Shown: piece after piece, positions 40,014 through 49,296 of the stretch
Layout of the letters: each line of letters opens with the position of its first letter
Numbering within the stretch: the stretch's first letter is position 1
DNA from: a virus
Reading direction: 5' to 3' (one strand)
Virus record (IMG/VR): IMGVR_UViG_3300037264_003921
Coordinates: 61,264 to 125,263 of that record
Length of the DNA: 64,000 nucleotides
Notes under the pieces: generated by a model
What the model saw: only the letters and a program-made list of their open reading frames with translations
The model's database searches: none
What the model was told of the DNA's origin: nothing
Position numbers and translations under genes: made by a program

Positions 40014-40799
40014 GTGGGTGATTTTACATGGATATTGGGTCCTTGTTCTATGGAGGATTATAATAATTATATCAACACCGCTCAATCATTGAATGATATA
40101 ATGGGGAATAGGGATTGGTATTATAAGGCATCATTTGATAAAGCAAATAGAAAAACAATAACAAGCAGCCGTGGTCCTGGGTTAGAATTGGGATTAGAGT
40201 TTATTTCATCATTAAAGCGAATCCTGCCTAATATAAAATTAACAACTGATGTCCATGATTGCAGCCAAGTGGAGAGATTAGTTGGCTACGTTGATTTAAT
40301 TCAAATCCCTGCATTCTTATGTAGGCAAACTGATTTGTTAGTTGAATGCGGCAAATATTTTAATATTGTAAATGTTAAACGTGGACAATGGGTGAGCCCT
40401 AAAGACACAGCATATTTTGCCAGCAAGATTAAGTCTAAAAACAACAAAGCTACAGTTTGGATCACAGATCGTGGTACAATGTTTGGATATGACAAATTAC
40501 TGGTTGATTTTGACGCAGCATCTGAGATTAGAAATCATTGTGATAAAGTATTATTAGATTGTACGCATTCTACTCAGGTTAGAGATGGCCAAAAGACAGG
40601 CGGTAATAGAGCGTTAGCTGAGAAATATTTATTGGCATCATCTGTGTTTAATTATGGTGGAGTATTTGCTGAAGTACATGGAAACCCACCAACAGCTATT
40701 TCTGATAGTGATTCACAAATATATCTTAGCAGAATTAGTGGACTAATAAAATTGAGAGAGAAGCTAGTTAACGATCTTAGCAATAGTATAATTGAATAA
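40014..40799 (+). CDS. kdsA: KDO-8-phosphate synthase
   Basis: GPCSME, KASFDKANR, RGPG, TDVH, QIPAFLCRQTDL, DCTHS, EVH..P..A.SD. Confidence 0.92.
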   Translation: MGDFTWILGPCSMEDYNNYINTAQSLNDIMGNRDWYYKASFDKANRKTITSSRGPGLELGLEFISSLKRILPNIKLTTDVHDCSQVERLVGYVDLIQIPAFLCRQTDLLVECGKYFNIVNVKRGQWVSPKDTAYFASKIKSKNNKATVWITDRGTMFGYDKLLVDFDAASEIRNHCDKVLLDCTHSTQVRDGQKTGGNRALAEKYLLASSVFNYGGVFAEVHGNPPTAISDSDSQIYLSRISGLIKLREKLVNDLSNSIIE

Positions 40800-41160
40800 A
40801 AATATTATAACTATGGCTGATTTTGAGACCAAATTAAACCAATGCTTTAGGATAATCACTGAAGATATGGATACATTTATATCAATAATGGAAAAGCCTT
40901 GGAATGTAAAGATTGACAAATTAGAAAAATATTTGCAAAATGCGACTGAAGATGAATTAATAGATTGGGTAAATTCACTTGAAATTGCAGTTTTAGATCG
41001 TGGAGAGCAGACACGTTGGACCTTGAGTTTGGCCGAGATGACACAAAGGCTTAAATTACCACAGTCGATAAAATTAGTATTGACAAGTGTGCTTGAAGCA
41101 TTACATGCTGCTCCATGGCAAAGTGTTGAAAAACATGACGATGATATGACATCAGTGTAA
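40792..41160 (+). CDS. hypothetical protein
   Basis: 122 aa in operon. Confidence 0.55.
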   Translation: MNKNIITMADFETKLNQCFRIITEDMDTFISIMEKPWNVKIDKLEKYLQNATEDELIDWVNSLEIAVLDRGEQTRWTLSLAEMTQRLKLPQSIKLVLTSVLEALHAAPWQSVEKHDDDMTSV

Positions 41161-41197
41161 TGTCATTAATTTAAGTTCTAGGCGTATGTAATATATA

Positions 41198-41800
41198 ATG
41201 AGAACACGCCTAGACGATACAGTTTTAGACACTGGACAGTGTTACAATAATGGTGATGGTTTAACTATTGGCTGTTTTTACGCTTTAGACTTCGTGAAAC
41301 ATTTCGGCAGGGTACAAACAGGGTCTAACATTTCGATTGCCATGCATAGCTATTTAGCAGCAATGATTGGTAGTGCGTGGTACACATATACAAAAAATGA
41401 TAAAAATTGGTCAATCAGCCAGCATGAATTTACTACGCTATGTCTTTTCCACGATGTTGCTGAAGCTCTTGTTGGGGATGTTTGGCGACCAGCAAAGACA
41501 AAAGAGGTAAGAGATCAAGAAGAAAAAGTTCACAATGCTATAATGAAGTTTATTACTATAGATACGAAAATTGCAAATGAATTTAAACATGAACAGGAAA
41601 AGATTGATAATTGTGCTCAATTTGTTGAATTAATCAGATATCTTGAAATAAGCCCAGGGCACAAGGTCTTTACTGAAATAGGCACACAGATGGCTAAAAC
41701 GATGGTTACAGAAGGCATGGAGGATTTTTGTTTGATAAATTTAGGGCTGTCTGAACATGAAATTGCAGTGGCACTACTAACAAAAGCAAAGGAGAAATAG
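41198..41800 (+). CDS. HD-domain deoxynucleotide phosphohydrolase (YfbR/DatZ-like)
   Basis: SIAMHSY, LFHDVAEA.VGD..RP.K, K.D. Confidence 0.78.
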   Translation: MRTRLDDTVLDTGQCYNNGDGLTIGCFYALDFVKHFGRVQTGSNISIAMHSYLAAMIGSAWYTYTKNDKNWSISQHEFTTLCLFHDVAEALVGDVWRPAKTKEVRDQEEKVHNAIMKFITIDTKIANEFKHEQEKIDNCAQFVELIRYLEISPGHKVFTEIGTQMAKTMVTEGMEDFCLINLGLSEHEIAVALLTKAKEK

Positions 41801-42301
41801 ATGGTAAGTGATTATATTTTTATGCAAAATAATGTAGCCTCATGGAGCTGGAGTGACTCAAACACTGTAGGCCAAATAATTACGGCTCCAAGTGTGACTC
41901 CAGCTGGGACTTATACCATTCCAAGCGTGACTCCAAGTGTGACTCCAAGTGTGACTCCAAGTGTGACATCAACTGGGACTTATCCCACCTTTGGAATTTA
42001 TACCCATTATGCCCCACCACAAATTTCAAAGAATGGCAATAAAGCTGAAATATTGTCTGATTTCTTCAGTCCTGGGGTTAATGCGCTTGTGATTATGGGT
42101 AATGATGGAGCTAGATTTATACCATTTATGGATAAATTTGGCATGATTTGGATGCAAAATGGCAATGCATGGTTTGCATTTGACAAGAAAGCATTTTTAG
42201 AATTTGTTGATAATGATAGTATTGATACTTTCTCTGAGTCAGCATTGTCAAAAGACGATGTCTTAAAGAAATTATACAATCCAGAAGTGAAGCATGAATA
42301 G
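41801..42301 (+). CDS. hypothetical protein with PSVT repeats
   Basis: 166 aa; C-terminal domain paralogous to next ORF. Confidence 0.6.
   Translation: MVSDYIFMQNNVASWSWSDSNTVGQIITAPSVTPAGTYTIPSVTPSVTPSVTPSVTSTGTYPTFGIYTHYAPPQISKNGNKAEILSDFFSPGVNALVIMGNDGARFIPFMDKFGMIWMQNGNAWFAFDKKAFLEFVDNDSIDTFSESALSKDDVLKKLYNPEVKHE
41921..41968 (+). repeat. 12-bp tandem repeat (ccaagtgtgact) x4, plus one copy at 41888
   Basis: Read directly; encodes (PSVT)n. Confidence 0.9.
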
Positions 42302-42650
42302 TTGGCCTGGATCGTCGGCGACGATGTCTGCTGTGTTTTCTACATCTATTAAAGAAATGATAATATCAACGCCAGATTCTCCATTAAAATTCTTTAAAAG
42401 TGGTGGGATTAAAATCGATGTATTAACTTCATTCTTCGGCGATGGGATGCATGCAGTTTTCTTCGGTGGAGAGCATTCCATCGTTATGCCATTTATTGAT
42501 CGATTAGGGTTGATTTGGATATCAACACATATTGGTTGGATCCCAGTTGATAAGAACGAATTTGATAATTTTACTACAAATGACGATTGTGTAGAATTAA
42601 AAGCTTGTGATCATAAGACTACAATCTCTAAGATGTCGATTCCAACGTAG
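42294..42650 (+). CDS. hypothetical protein, paralog of 41801..42301
   Basis: Shared FF..G..A....PF.D..G.IW.....W...DK..F. Confidence 0.6.
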   Translation: MNSWPGSSATMSAVFSTSIKEMIISTPDSPLKFFKSGGIKIDVLTSFFGDGMHAVFFGGEHSIVMPFIDRLGLIWISTHIGWIPVDKNEFDNFTTNDDCVELKACDHKTTISKMSIPT

Positions 42651-42668
42651 ATAGGCAGATAAAATCAC

Positions 42669-44078
42669 ATGAACGTTGACGATGATTTAGCTGGAGTAGA
42701 ACTTGCAGCTAAAAAGTATGCTGGACCTAGCGACTTTACACATTTACACACACACAGTCTGTTTTCTACACTTGATGGGGTGTCAACACCTGAACAATAC
42801 ATTAAAAGATGTGCACAAGTCGGCATGAAGAATTTTGCGCTCACAGACCATGGGAGCATGGCAGGTTTGCCAGATGCATATTGGGCTTCGAAAGAACATG
42901 GAATAAAACTGGCGGCAGGTTGTGAGATATATCTAAATGACTTTCATTTAAAAATGAAGGAATATCAAAATAAAGGGATTCAATTAAACACTTTAAAAAT
43001 TACAGATAAAGAATTTGTTGATCGATATCGTCGCAATAGGCATGTCACTGTAATTTGCAAAAACATGACTGGATATAAAAATCTAATCAATATACTGCAT
43101 GATGGCTATGAAATGGGTTTGTATTATAATAAACCAAGAACGTGGTTTGACCAACTTGTTAAATATAAAGAAGGATTAATAATCCTCTCTGGATGTCTAA
43201 ATGGGCCAGTTTGCCATGAATTAAGACTAGGCTCAGAAAAAAGGGACAACAATGATAGCAGTGCTACTGTTTATTATAAGAAGGCCGTTGATTATGTTAA
43301 TAAATTCAAAGGAGCATTTGGTGAGGATTTCTACTTAGAATTGCAAATGCCAGGTGAGTCAATAGCACGAGCAAAAGAAGTATTTTATCAAGTTTCTGCT
43401 ATTTCTCAGAAGACAGGTATAAAAGCTGTGATGACTGGTGATATCCATTATCTTCATCGTGCAGATTTTGAATTACAAAAGGCTATGATGGCTGTTGAGC
43501 AAGGAACAACAGTTGACGACCCAAATCTGTTCCATGTAGATTCAGATGAGGGGTTTTTTAAAACAAGAGCCCAATTCAGACAGACGTTCATAGAACATAG
43601 CTATAACAAATATGATCAAATAGGTTGGTTTGAAAAGTCATGCGACAACACAATGGAAGTTGCTGAGAAATGTAAGCAATTTGAGCCCGATCTGACACCT
43701 AAATTGCCTGAAATACAAGGAGCAGATCAAAAGATTAAACAATTGGTTGCTGAGTCATTAATAAAAAAAGGATTGCATAATAATCAAACTAAATATGTTG
43801 TTGATGGATGTATGGTTACATATGTTGAGCAAGCTAAGATAGAATTAGCGAGAATTATAGAGAAAAAATTTTCATCATACTTTTTAATAACAAGAAATTT
43901 AGTGCATTTCGCTAGGGATAATAAATATGATGTTGGTCCTGCACGTGGTAGTGCTGGCGGTAGTTTAATTTGTTATTTATTGGGGATTCATGAGCTTGAC
44001 CCGCTTTTGTGGGGATTAAGTTTTGATAGATTTTTAAGCCCAAGTAGAGGTGGATTTATGTTGAATGTGAAGATGTAA
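42669..44078 (+). CDS. dnaE: DNA polymerase III alpha, fragment 1 (PHP domain + N-terminal palm region)
   Basis: HLHTHS.FS.LDG, TDHG, GCE.Y, SGCL.G, D.HY, RGSAGGSL, FDRFL; ends before PDxDxD. Confidence 0.92.
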   Translation: MNVDDDLAGVELAAKKYAGPSDFTHLHTHSLFSTLDGVSTPEQYIKRCAQVGMKNFALTDHGSMAGLPDAYWASKEHGIKLAAGCEIYLNDFHLKMKEYQNKGIQLNTLKITDKEFVDRYRRNRHVTVICKNMTGYKNLINILHDGYEMGLYYNKPRTWFDQLVKYKEGLIILSGCLNGPVCHELRLGSEKRDNNDSSATVYYKKAVDYVNKFKGAFGEDFYLELQMPGESIARAKEVFYQVSAISQKTGIKAVMTGDIHYLHRADFELQKAMMAVEQGTTVDDPNLFHVDSDEGFFKTRAQFRQTFIEHSYNKYDQIGWFEKSCDNTMEVAEKCKQFEPDLTPKLPEIQGADQKIKQLVAESLIKKGLHNNQTKYVVDGCMVTYVEQAKIELARIIEKKFSSYFLITRNLVHFARDNKYDVGPARGSAGGSLICYLLGIHELDPLLWGLSFDRFLSPSRGGFMLNVKM

Positions 44079-44079
44079 T

Positions 44080-44484
44080 ATGAATGAAATTACTAACGAA
44101 CATATTAAACAACTGGCCGCTGAAGCACAATCCACAACAGCGCTGCTAACTTTATTCACAAGCGGAATGCGCCAGAATGAGAACGAAGAAGTATCGTTGG
44201 TTCCATATTATCTCAAATGGATTGATGTAACAAACATAGCATTAGCTAATATGAGTGAAACTATCGACCAAGATACAAAAAAGAAATTAGCTGATGATTT
44301 AATTGCATTAATGACAATACCATTAAACGGGATGATGCGCGCTATTATTCAACACGCTAATAATAAATCTATAAATCTACCACCAATGCCACAACCATTA
44401 CCAGCAGGAGTTTTTGAGTATAAAAAATGGGCGGTTGATTACATTAAGCAGTCATTAGCGGCTATAAAGGAGCATATAAAATGA
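44080..44484 (+). CDS. hypothetical protein
   Basis: 134 aa between DnaE fragments. Confidence 0.6.
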   Translation: MNEITNEHIKQLAAEAQSTTALLTLFTSGMRQNENEEVSLVPYYLKWIDVTNIALANMSETIDQDTKKKLADDLIALMTIPLNGMMRAIIQHANNKSINLPPMPQPLPAGVFEYKKWAVDYIKQSLAAIKEHIK

Positions 44485-44873
44485 AAATTGAAGGAACAGT
44501 GTATGGATACTCTAATAATGGGAAAACTGCGTTTGGTGTGATGATGGAATGTGGTGATACTAAATATGAAAAAATCATCGCACTAAAATCTGGAAATTTG
44601 AATGTAGCAGAATTGCATGCTGCTGAATACGCATTTAAGTGTATAGCAAATAAGGATTCAGAAGTGTCAATTATGACATGTAATACATACCTGAAGAGGA
44701 TGCTTGATAAGAATGATGAAAAACAATTCAAGTCGAAGCCTGAAAAAAACATTGATTTAGTCAATGCTGTCAGGAATGCTGCCAATGAATTCAAGAATTT
44801 AGTTATAAACATTGGCAAGTCAGATTCTCTACGTAGAATACAAGAGTCAACTAGAGCTTTATGTAATGAATAA
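44481..44873 (+). CDS. RNase H-fold protein (degenerate)
   Basis: NVAEL.A...A, V.I.T...Y, KNIDL; catalytic Asps not evident. Confidence 0.55.
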   Translation: MKIEGTVYGYSNNGKTAFGVMMECGDTKYEKIIALKSGNLNVAELHAAEYAFKCIANKDSEVSIMTCNTYLKRMLDKNDEKQFKSKPEKNIDLVNAVRNAANEFKNLVINIGKSDSLRRIQESTRALCNE

Positions 44874-45270
44874 CAAATCTAAGAAGCTGATTTCATGGGA
44901 TGAATTAAAAAAAACAGCCATAAGCAAATGTAGTGGTTATTCTCATGAATATTTAAATCGCCTTAAATTTGAGATAATTGAAATCGAAAAACAGGGAGCC
45001 TCAGATTATTGGATAGATATAGCCATATCTGATAGGAAATTCAACGATAATAAAAACGGGCTGGTTTTACCATTTTTGTTAGATGTAACAGATGTTGACC
45101 CAATAAAAAAGCGAACGTTCGTATTAGATAATTCCGGGGTTGAATGTGATATTACAATATTGACACTAGATGACGGTAAAAAAATTACAATACCAAGTAA
45201 ATGCACAATACAAACACCAAATGGGCCAAAATCTGTGATTAGTTTGCAAGTTGGTGATGAACTCGTTTAG
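44866..45270 (+). CDS. DnaE fragment 2 with C-terminal Hint/intein-like remnant
   Basis: Y..RL.FE...I..QG...Y and FLL.VTDVDPI, then LTLDDGKKI...IQTPNGPK....LQVGDEL; ORF track starts at 44812. Confidence 0.65.
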   Translation: MNNKSKKLISWDELKKTAISKCSGYSHEYLNRLKFEIIEIEKQGASDYWIDIAISDRKFNDNKNGLVLPFLLDVTDVDPIKKRTFVLDNSGVECDITILTLDDGKKITIPSKCTIQTPNGPKSVISLQVGDELV

Positions 45271-45356
45271 CGTCAGTGGCGATGGTAATATTTTGACAAA
45301 TCTGTGGATTGAATTGCCACAGTTACATAAGTCAGTAATAGATTATAAGGACGTTA

Positions 45357-45500
45357 ATGTCTAAAATTGTTAATATATCAATAGAGAAAGGTAAGTGCCG
45401 GGAAGTTATATCAGATGGATATTCAATCCAAAATGTGAGTGTAATCGGTGTTGGGATTAGTCACATGATTGAATACCAGACTGACTTCCCGGATGTTTGA
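45357..45500 (+). CDS. DnaE fragment 3 (47 aa): IntC-like N-terminus + EYQTDFPDV (not in ORF track)
   Basis: AAGGA RBS; MSKIVNISIEKG...GISHMIEYQTDFPDV-stop; a +1 shift gives PDVDIDLLP. Confidence 0.7.
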   Translation: MSKIVNISIEKGKCREVISDGYSIQNVSVIGVGISHMIEYQTDFPDV

Positions 45501-47670
45501 CATTGATCTATTGCCTGGTACGCGAGAAAAAGTTGAAGCTTTTGCTGCAAAAGAATATGGCAGTGACAAAGTATGTAGCGTCGGGCTGTGGCAGACATAT
45601 AAGCCAAAACTTGCGCTACAAGATGCTGCGAGGGCGCTTGGATATGATGTTGAAAATGTAATAAGATTAACAAAGAATTTACCTGATGAATTTGATGATC
45701 TTGAATATAAAGAAGCAATTGCTGAATATAATGATTTCAGAGTTTTTGCAGAAACAAATTCGCAATTAGTAAAAATGGCCTACAGGATGGTAGGTGGAAT
45801 AAAGGCACAAGGAAGACACGCAGGCGGACTAATTATATCAAGTGTCCCAATAAAAGACCATATTCCAATGACTATCTGTAGTGAACGATGGACAAGCGCG
45901 TGGACAGAAGGATATAGCCCACAATTATCAAAATTTGGATTTGTGAAATTTGATTTGCTTGGATTGAAAACTTTACTATATATAAAAACGTGCTTGGAAC
46001 TTATTGAAAAAAACCGTGGTATTAAAATAGAATGGTCAGATATAAATCCAGCAGAAGACCGAGCTGGATGGTTAATTGACCAACAAGGTAAACGAAGTGC
46101 TATATCATTGAATGATGAAGAGTCTCTAGATTTAGCTAGACAACTGCGTACAGAAACAGTGTTTCAGTTTGAGACTGAGTTAGCTAAAAGCATCTTAGCA
46201 AAAGGTGGTGTCAAATCGTTTAATGATTTGGTTGTGTACACGTCGCTTGGACGTCCTGGACCGCTGCCAATGGTCGAATCATATATTAGAAGGCGTGACG
46301 GCGATGAAAAATGGGAAGACGATGAGCATCCAGAAATAACAGAACGTTTACGTAGTACATTTAATGTATGCTGTTACCAAGAACAATTGGCATCATTGTG
46401 GAGGGGCATAGCAGGATTTACTGTTCCTGAAGCAGAGGCTGCTAGGAAGGCTGTTTCTAAAAAATGGACTGACAAATTAGCACCGATTAAAGACAAGTGG
46501 GTGGCTGGAGCATCAAAAACCATTGGGGTTGAACGAGCTGAAGAATGGTGGGTAAAAATGGAAACATTCGGCCGTTATGCATTCAACCTCAGCCATGCAA
46601 CTGCATATATATTGATTACTCATAGATGTTTATATCTAAAAGCTCACTTCCAAGCTGAATGGTGGGCGGCCGTCATGTCTGATTGCGATACAGATAGATT
46701 ATCAAAGTATATGGGATACGCAAGAGCAGAAGGGGTGTCATTTGGGTCAATTGATATTGATAATCTAAGCATGAAATTTGTTATTAATAAAGAAATAGTA
46801 ACGCCGGGCTTGACTAGTATCAAAAACATGAATGGTGAATTAGCAGAAAATCTTTCTAAAAAATCTTCAAATGGCGTTAAATATAAAGATATTGATGATT
46901 TCGTATTACAAACTAGCAAGAATAAAATTGCATGTGAGCGATTAATTAAGCTTGGTGCATTTGATAATAAACATAGCAATCGCAAAGCATTATGGACGTG
47001 GTATCAATATCAATATGGAAGCGACGATGAGAGTAAGGAAATGCGAAGATTTATCAAATGTGCGTATGCATGGCCGATGGATAAAATTGAAGTAGAGAGA
47101 AAACGTCAGGCTGATGAATTTAGGAAACAATATCCAACTAGGAAAGTAATACCACCAAAGATCGCTAAATGGCTACCAAAGATGTTATTTCGGCGTGATG
47201 AATATGTAATACCTAACGTCATTGACGATGCTGTTTATGAATCAGCAAAGTATCTGCAATTAACTAGGGACAATGTGATGTCATTGGTCAACAGTGACTT
47301 CGCATTGAAGGAACTGCTTCAATTTGAAAGACAATATCTAGGATATTGCATTCATTCGCCAATGAATTTATTCAAGCATGGGTACGACACAACAATATCA
47401 GACGCACGCGAGAAAGGCATATTAGAAGCGTACATTGAAAAATTTACCATTCGTCAGAAAAAAACAGAATTCGCTGAGTTAATAGTCACAGATGGAACTG
47501 AGAATGCAAAGGTGATGGTTTGGTCTGATGATTTGTTATCGAATGGTCAAGACACATTACATGAAGGAAAAGGTGTTCGGATGCGTGTATCTTGGAAGGA
47601 TAAATTTAAGAGTTTTAGTCTTCGCTCAGGAAGTATAGTCATACCATTGGAGCCGGTCGATGCTACTTAA
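45493..47670 (+). CDS. dnaE: DNA polymerase III alpha, main catalytic fragment
   Basis: DID, GRHAGG, KFDLLGL, VFQFE, RPGP, YQEQ, YAFN.SHA, YLKAH, C-terminal OB-like region; ORF track starts at 45469. Confidence 0.92.
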   Translation: MFDIDLLPGTREKVEAFAAKEYGSDKVCSVGLWQTYKPKLALQDAARALGYDVENVIRLTKNLPDEFDDLEYKEAIAEYNDFRVFAETNSQLVKMAYRMVGGIKAQGRHAGGLIISSVPIKDHIPMTICSERWTSAWTEGYSPQLSKFGFVKFDLLGLKTLLYIKTCLELIEKNRGIKIEWSDINPAEDRAGWLIDQQGKRSAISLNDEESLDLARQLRTETVFQFETELAKSILAKGGVKSFNDLVVYTSLGRPGPLPMVESYIRRRDGDEKWEDDEHPEITERLRSTFNVCCYQEQLASLWRGIAGFTVPEAEAARKAVSKKWTDKLAPIKDKWVAGASKTIGVERAEEWWVKMETFGRYAFNLSHATAYILITHRCLYLKAHFQAEWWAAVMSDCDTDRLSKYMGYARAEGVSFGSIDIDNLSMKFVINKEIVTPGLTSIKNMNGELAENLSKKSSNGVKYKDIDDFVLQTSKNKIACERLIKLGAFDNKHSNRKALWTWYQYQYGSDDESKEMRRFIKCAYAWPMDKIEVERKRQADEFRKQYPTRKVIPPKIAKWLPKMLFRRDEYVIPNVIDDAVYESAKYLQLTRDNVMSLVNSDFALKELLQFERQYLGYCIHSPMNLFKHGYDTTISDAREKGILEAYIEKFTIRQKKTEFAELIVTDGTENAKVMVWSDDLLSNGQDTLHEGKGVRMRVSWKDKFKSFSLRSGSIVIPLEPVDAT

Positions 47671-48103
47671 AACAAAAGATGGGATATCTTGTGACACTTG
47701 TGGCACAATTTTTAAAAATAATTTCACATATTACTCATTTGAATCCAGCAGGATTGTTGTTAATGTAGGTCTTTCTGCCAACCAAGGTAACGACCTTGAT
47801 ATCGACGTATGCGAAAAATGTTATCTAGATACAGAGACTAAAGTTCGTAAATTTATAATATCGAAAGTAGACCAAACATCAATAAAATGCGACTATTGCC
47901 CGAAATTATTACGTGGAACGTTTGTATATCATAGAATGTTGATTCATAAAGTTGTTGTTGATAAAGAAAAGAAAGAGGATGGACCGTTATTTATACAGAA
48001 AAATTTTATGGATTTTAACATTGACGATGTTTGTTTCACTGATTTATCGAACACTGCCATGTCAATACGTCAAAGCGTAAAACAAAAAGGAGATTGGTCA
48101 TGA
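47660..48103 (+). CDS. double Zn-ribbon hypothetical protein
   Basis: Internal duplication I.CD.C....F.Y...D..(V)C. Confidence 0.6.
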   Translation: MLLKTKDGISCDTCGTIFKNNFTYYSFESSRIVVNVGLSANQGNDLDIDVCEKCYLDTETKVRKFIISKVDQTSIKCDYCPKLLRGTFVYHRMLIHKVVVDKEKKEDGPLFIQKNFMDFNIDDVCFTDLSNTAMSIRQSVKQKGDWS

Positions 48104-48396
48104 ACATATTCGATCTATTAGATATTATAGTAAAAGATCACAAAACCACAGCAAGACCAGTTGAGTGGGTAGAATCTAGTGGGGCTCCAACAAAGTATGT
48201 TACAACATGTCCATATTGTTCACAATTGTTGATGTTTTCACCGTCCGATCTATATGAATGTAATAATTCACAATCAAATGTGATGTGCACTGAATGTGGT
48301 ATTGGTGCGCCAAAAATATTAGAATGCAACATGCAGTTACCAACATTTGTTGATCCAATCGCAGATAAGTTATTATCAACTGACAATTATGCCTAG
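48094..48396 (+). CDS. Zn-ribbon hypothetical protein
   Basis: CPYC..CTECG. Confidence 0.6.
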   Translation: MVMNIFDLLDIIVKDHKTTARPVEWVESSGAPTKYVTTCPYCSQLLMFSPSDLYECNNSQSNVMCTECGIGAPKILECNMQLPTFVDPIADKLLSTDNYA

Positions 48397-49294
48397 ACGG
48401 TTTATTCTTGGCAGTGGTATTGGTGGCTTGCTTGCTAGGGAAATTCTTGGCGATGGTTGGCAATTAATCCCATTCGGCAAGTCAAGATTTTATTCGCATT
48501 CGCCACCAATAGCTGATGATTTTATCACCCGCACGGACGATACAGTGAAGCTATTATCAAATATCGGGCGTTCGACAGACGCACGCCATTATCAGATGGC
48601 ATACTCATTTTGTGGTGAATTGATATTTTCAGATGAATCATTTGTTAAATTAGAATTTATCGATAAATTATTTGGACAGGATGAGCATCCACTCGCACAA
48701 CGACTATTGCGCAGTGAATTAGTTGTGCATACAACTAAAGCCAGCGATTTATATGGACTATTATTTGAAAAATTCAAAACAGAAATATTAACATCAATAG
48801 AAAAATTTGGGGTAGTCGACAAAATACGTGATCATTGTTTGAAGATGCAAAATGGCACGTTTGAATATGATCATATTATTAGCACTATTCCTTTAGATGT
48901 ATTGTATGAATATGTTGGTAATAACGCAGTATTGCCATACAAAGACTGTTGGTATTATCATATAAAAACGCCATCATTAAATTTTGAGGGGGCGCAACAA
49001 GTATATGTCGCAGATAAGTTATTTGATTTCTATAAAGTTAATAGGATCAGTGATAATGAGTATATATTCCATTGTTTACGTGATTTGAACGAACCATTGA
49101 GATACCTTGGAGCATTTTTAAAGGACAAATTAGAAATATTAAACACTACGTCTCTTAAAAAGGCAATCCCAGTTGGTGCGCCACCAATAGTAAAACTTGA
49201 TGATATATCACCAATTGGCTGTCATGCACAGTGGGATTATTTTGTTGATATTGCGTCCACAATTAAACGCATCTGTAAATTGCAAATAGGATAA
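48389..49294 (+). CDS. FAD-dependent oxidoreductase-like protein
   Basis: FILGSGIGGL (GxGxxG), EYDHIISTIPL, IG..AQW.Y; ORF track starts at 48347. Confidence 0.7.
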   Translation: MPRRFILGSGIGGLLAREILGDGWQLIPFGKSRFYSHSPPIADDFITRTDDTVKLLSNIGRSTDARHYQMAYSFCGELIFSDESFVKLEFIDKLFGQDEHPLAQRLLRSELVVHTTKASDLYGLLFEKFKTEILTSIEKFGVVDKIRDHCLKMQNGTFEYDHIISTIPLDVLYEYVGNNAVLPYKDCWYYHIKTPSLNFEGAQQVYVADKLFDFYKVNRISDNEYIFHCLRDLNEPLRYLGAFLKDKLEILNTTSLKKAIPVGAPPIVKLDDISPIGCHAQWDYFVDIASTIKRICKLQIG

Positions 49295-49296
49295 AT

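Noticed and set aside
45265-45360. T4 gene 60-style ribosomal bypass (GTT-TAG, hairpin, GTT)
   Set aside because: Landing GTT at 45353 is out of frame with the next ORF, which has its own RBS and ATG
45100-45500. Functional canonical split intein
   Set aside because: Catalytic C1, block B His, terminal Asn and +1 nucleophile are not identifiable
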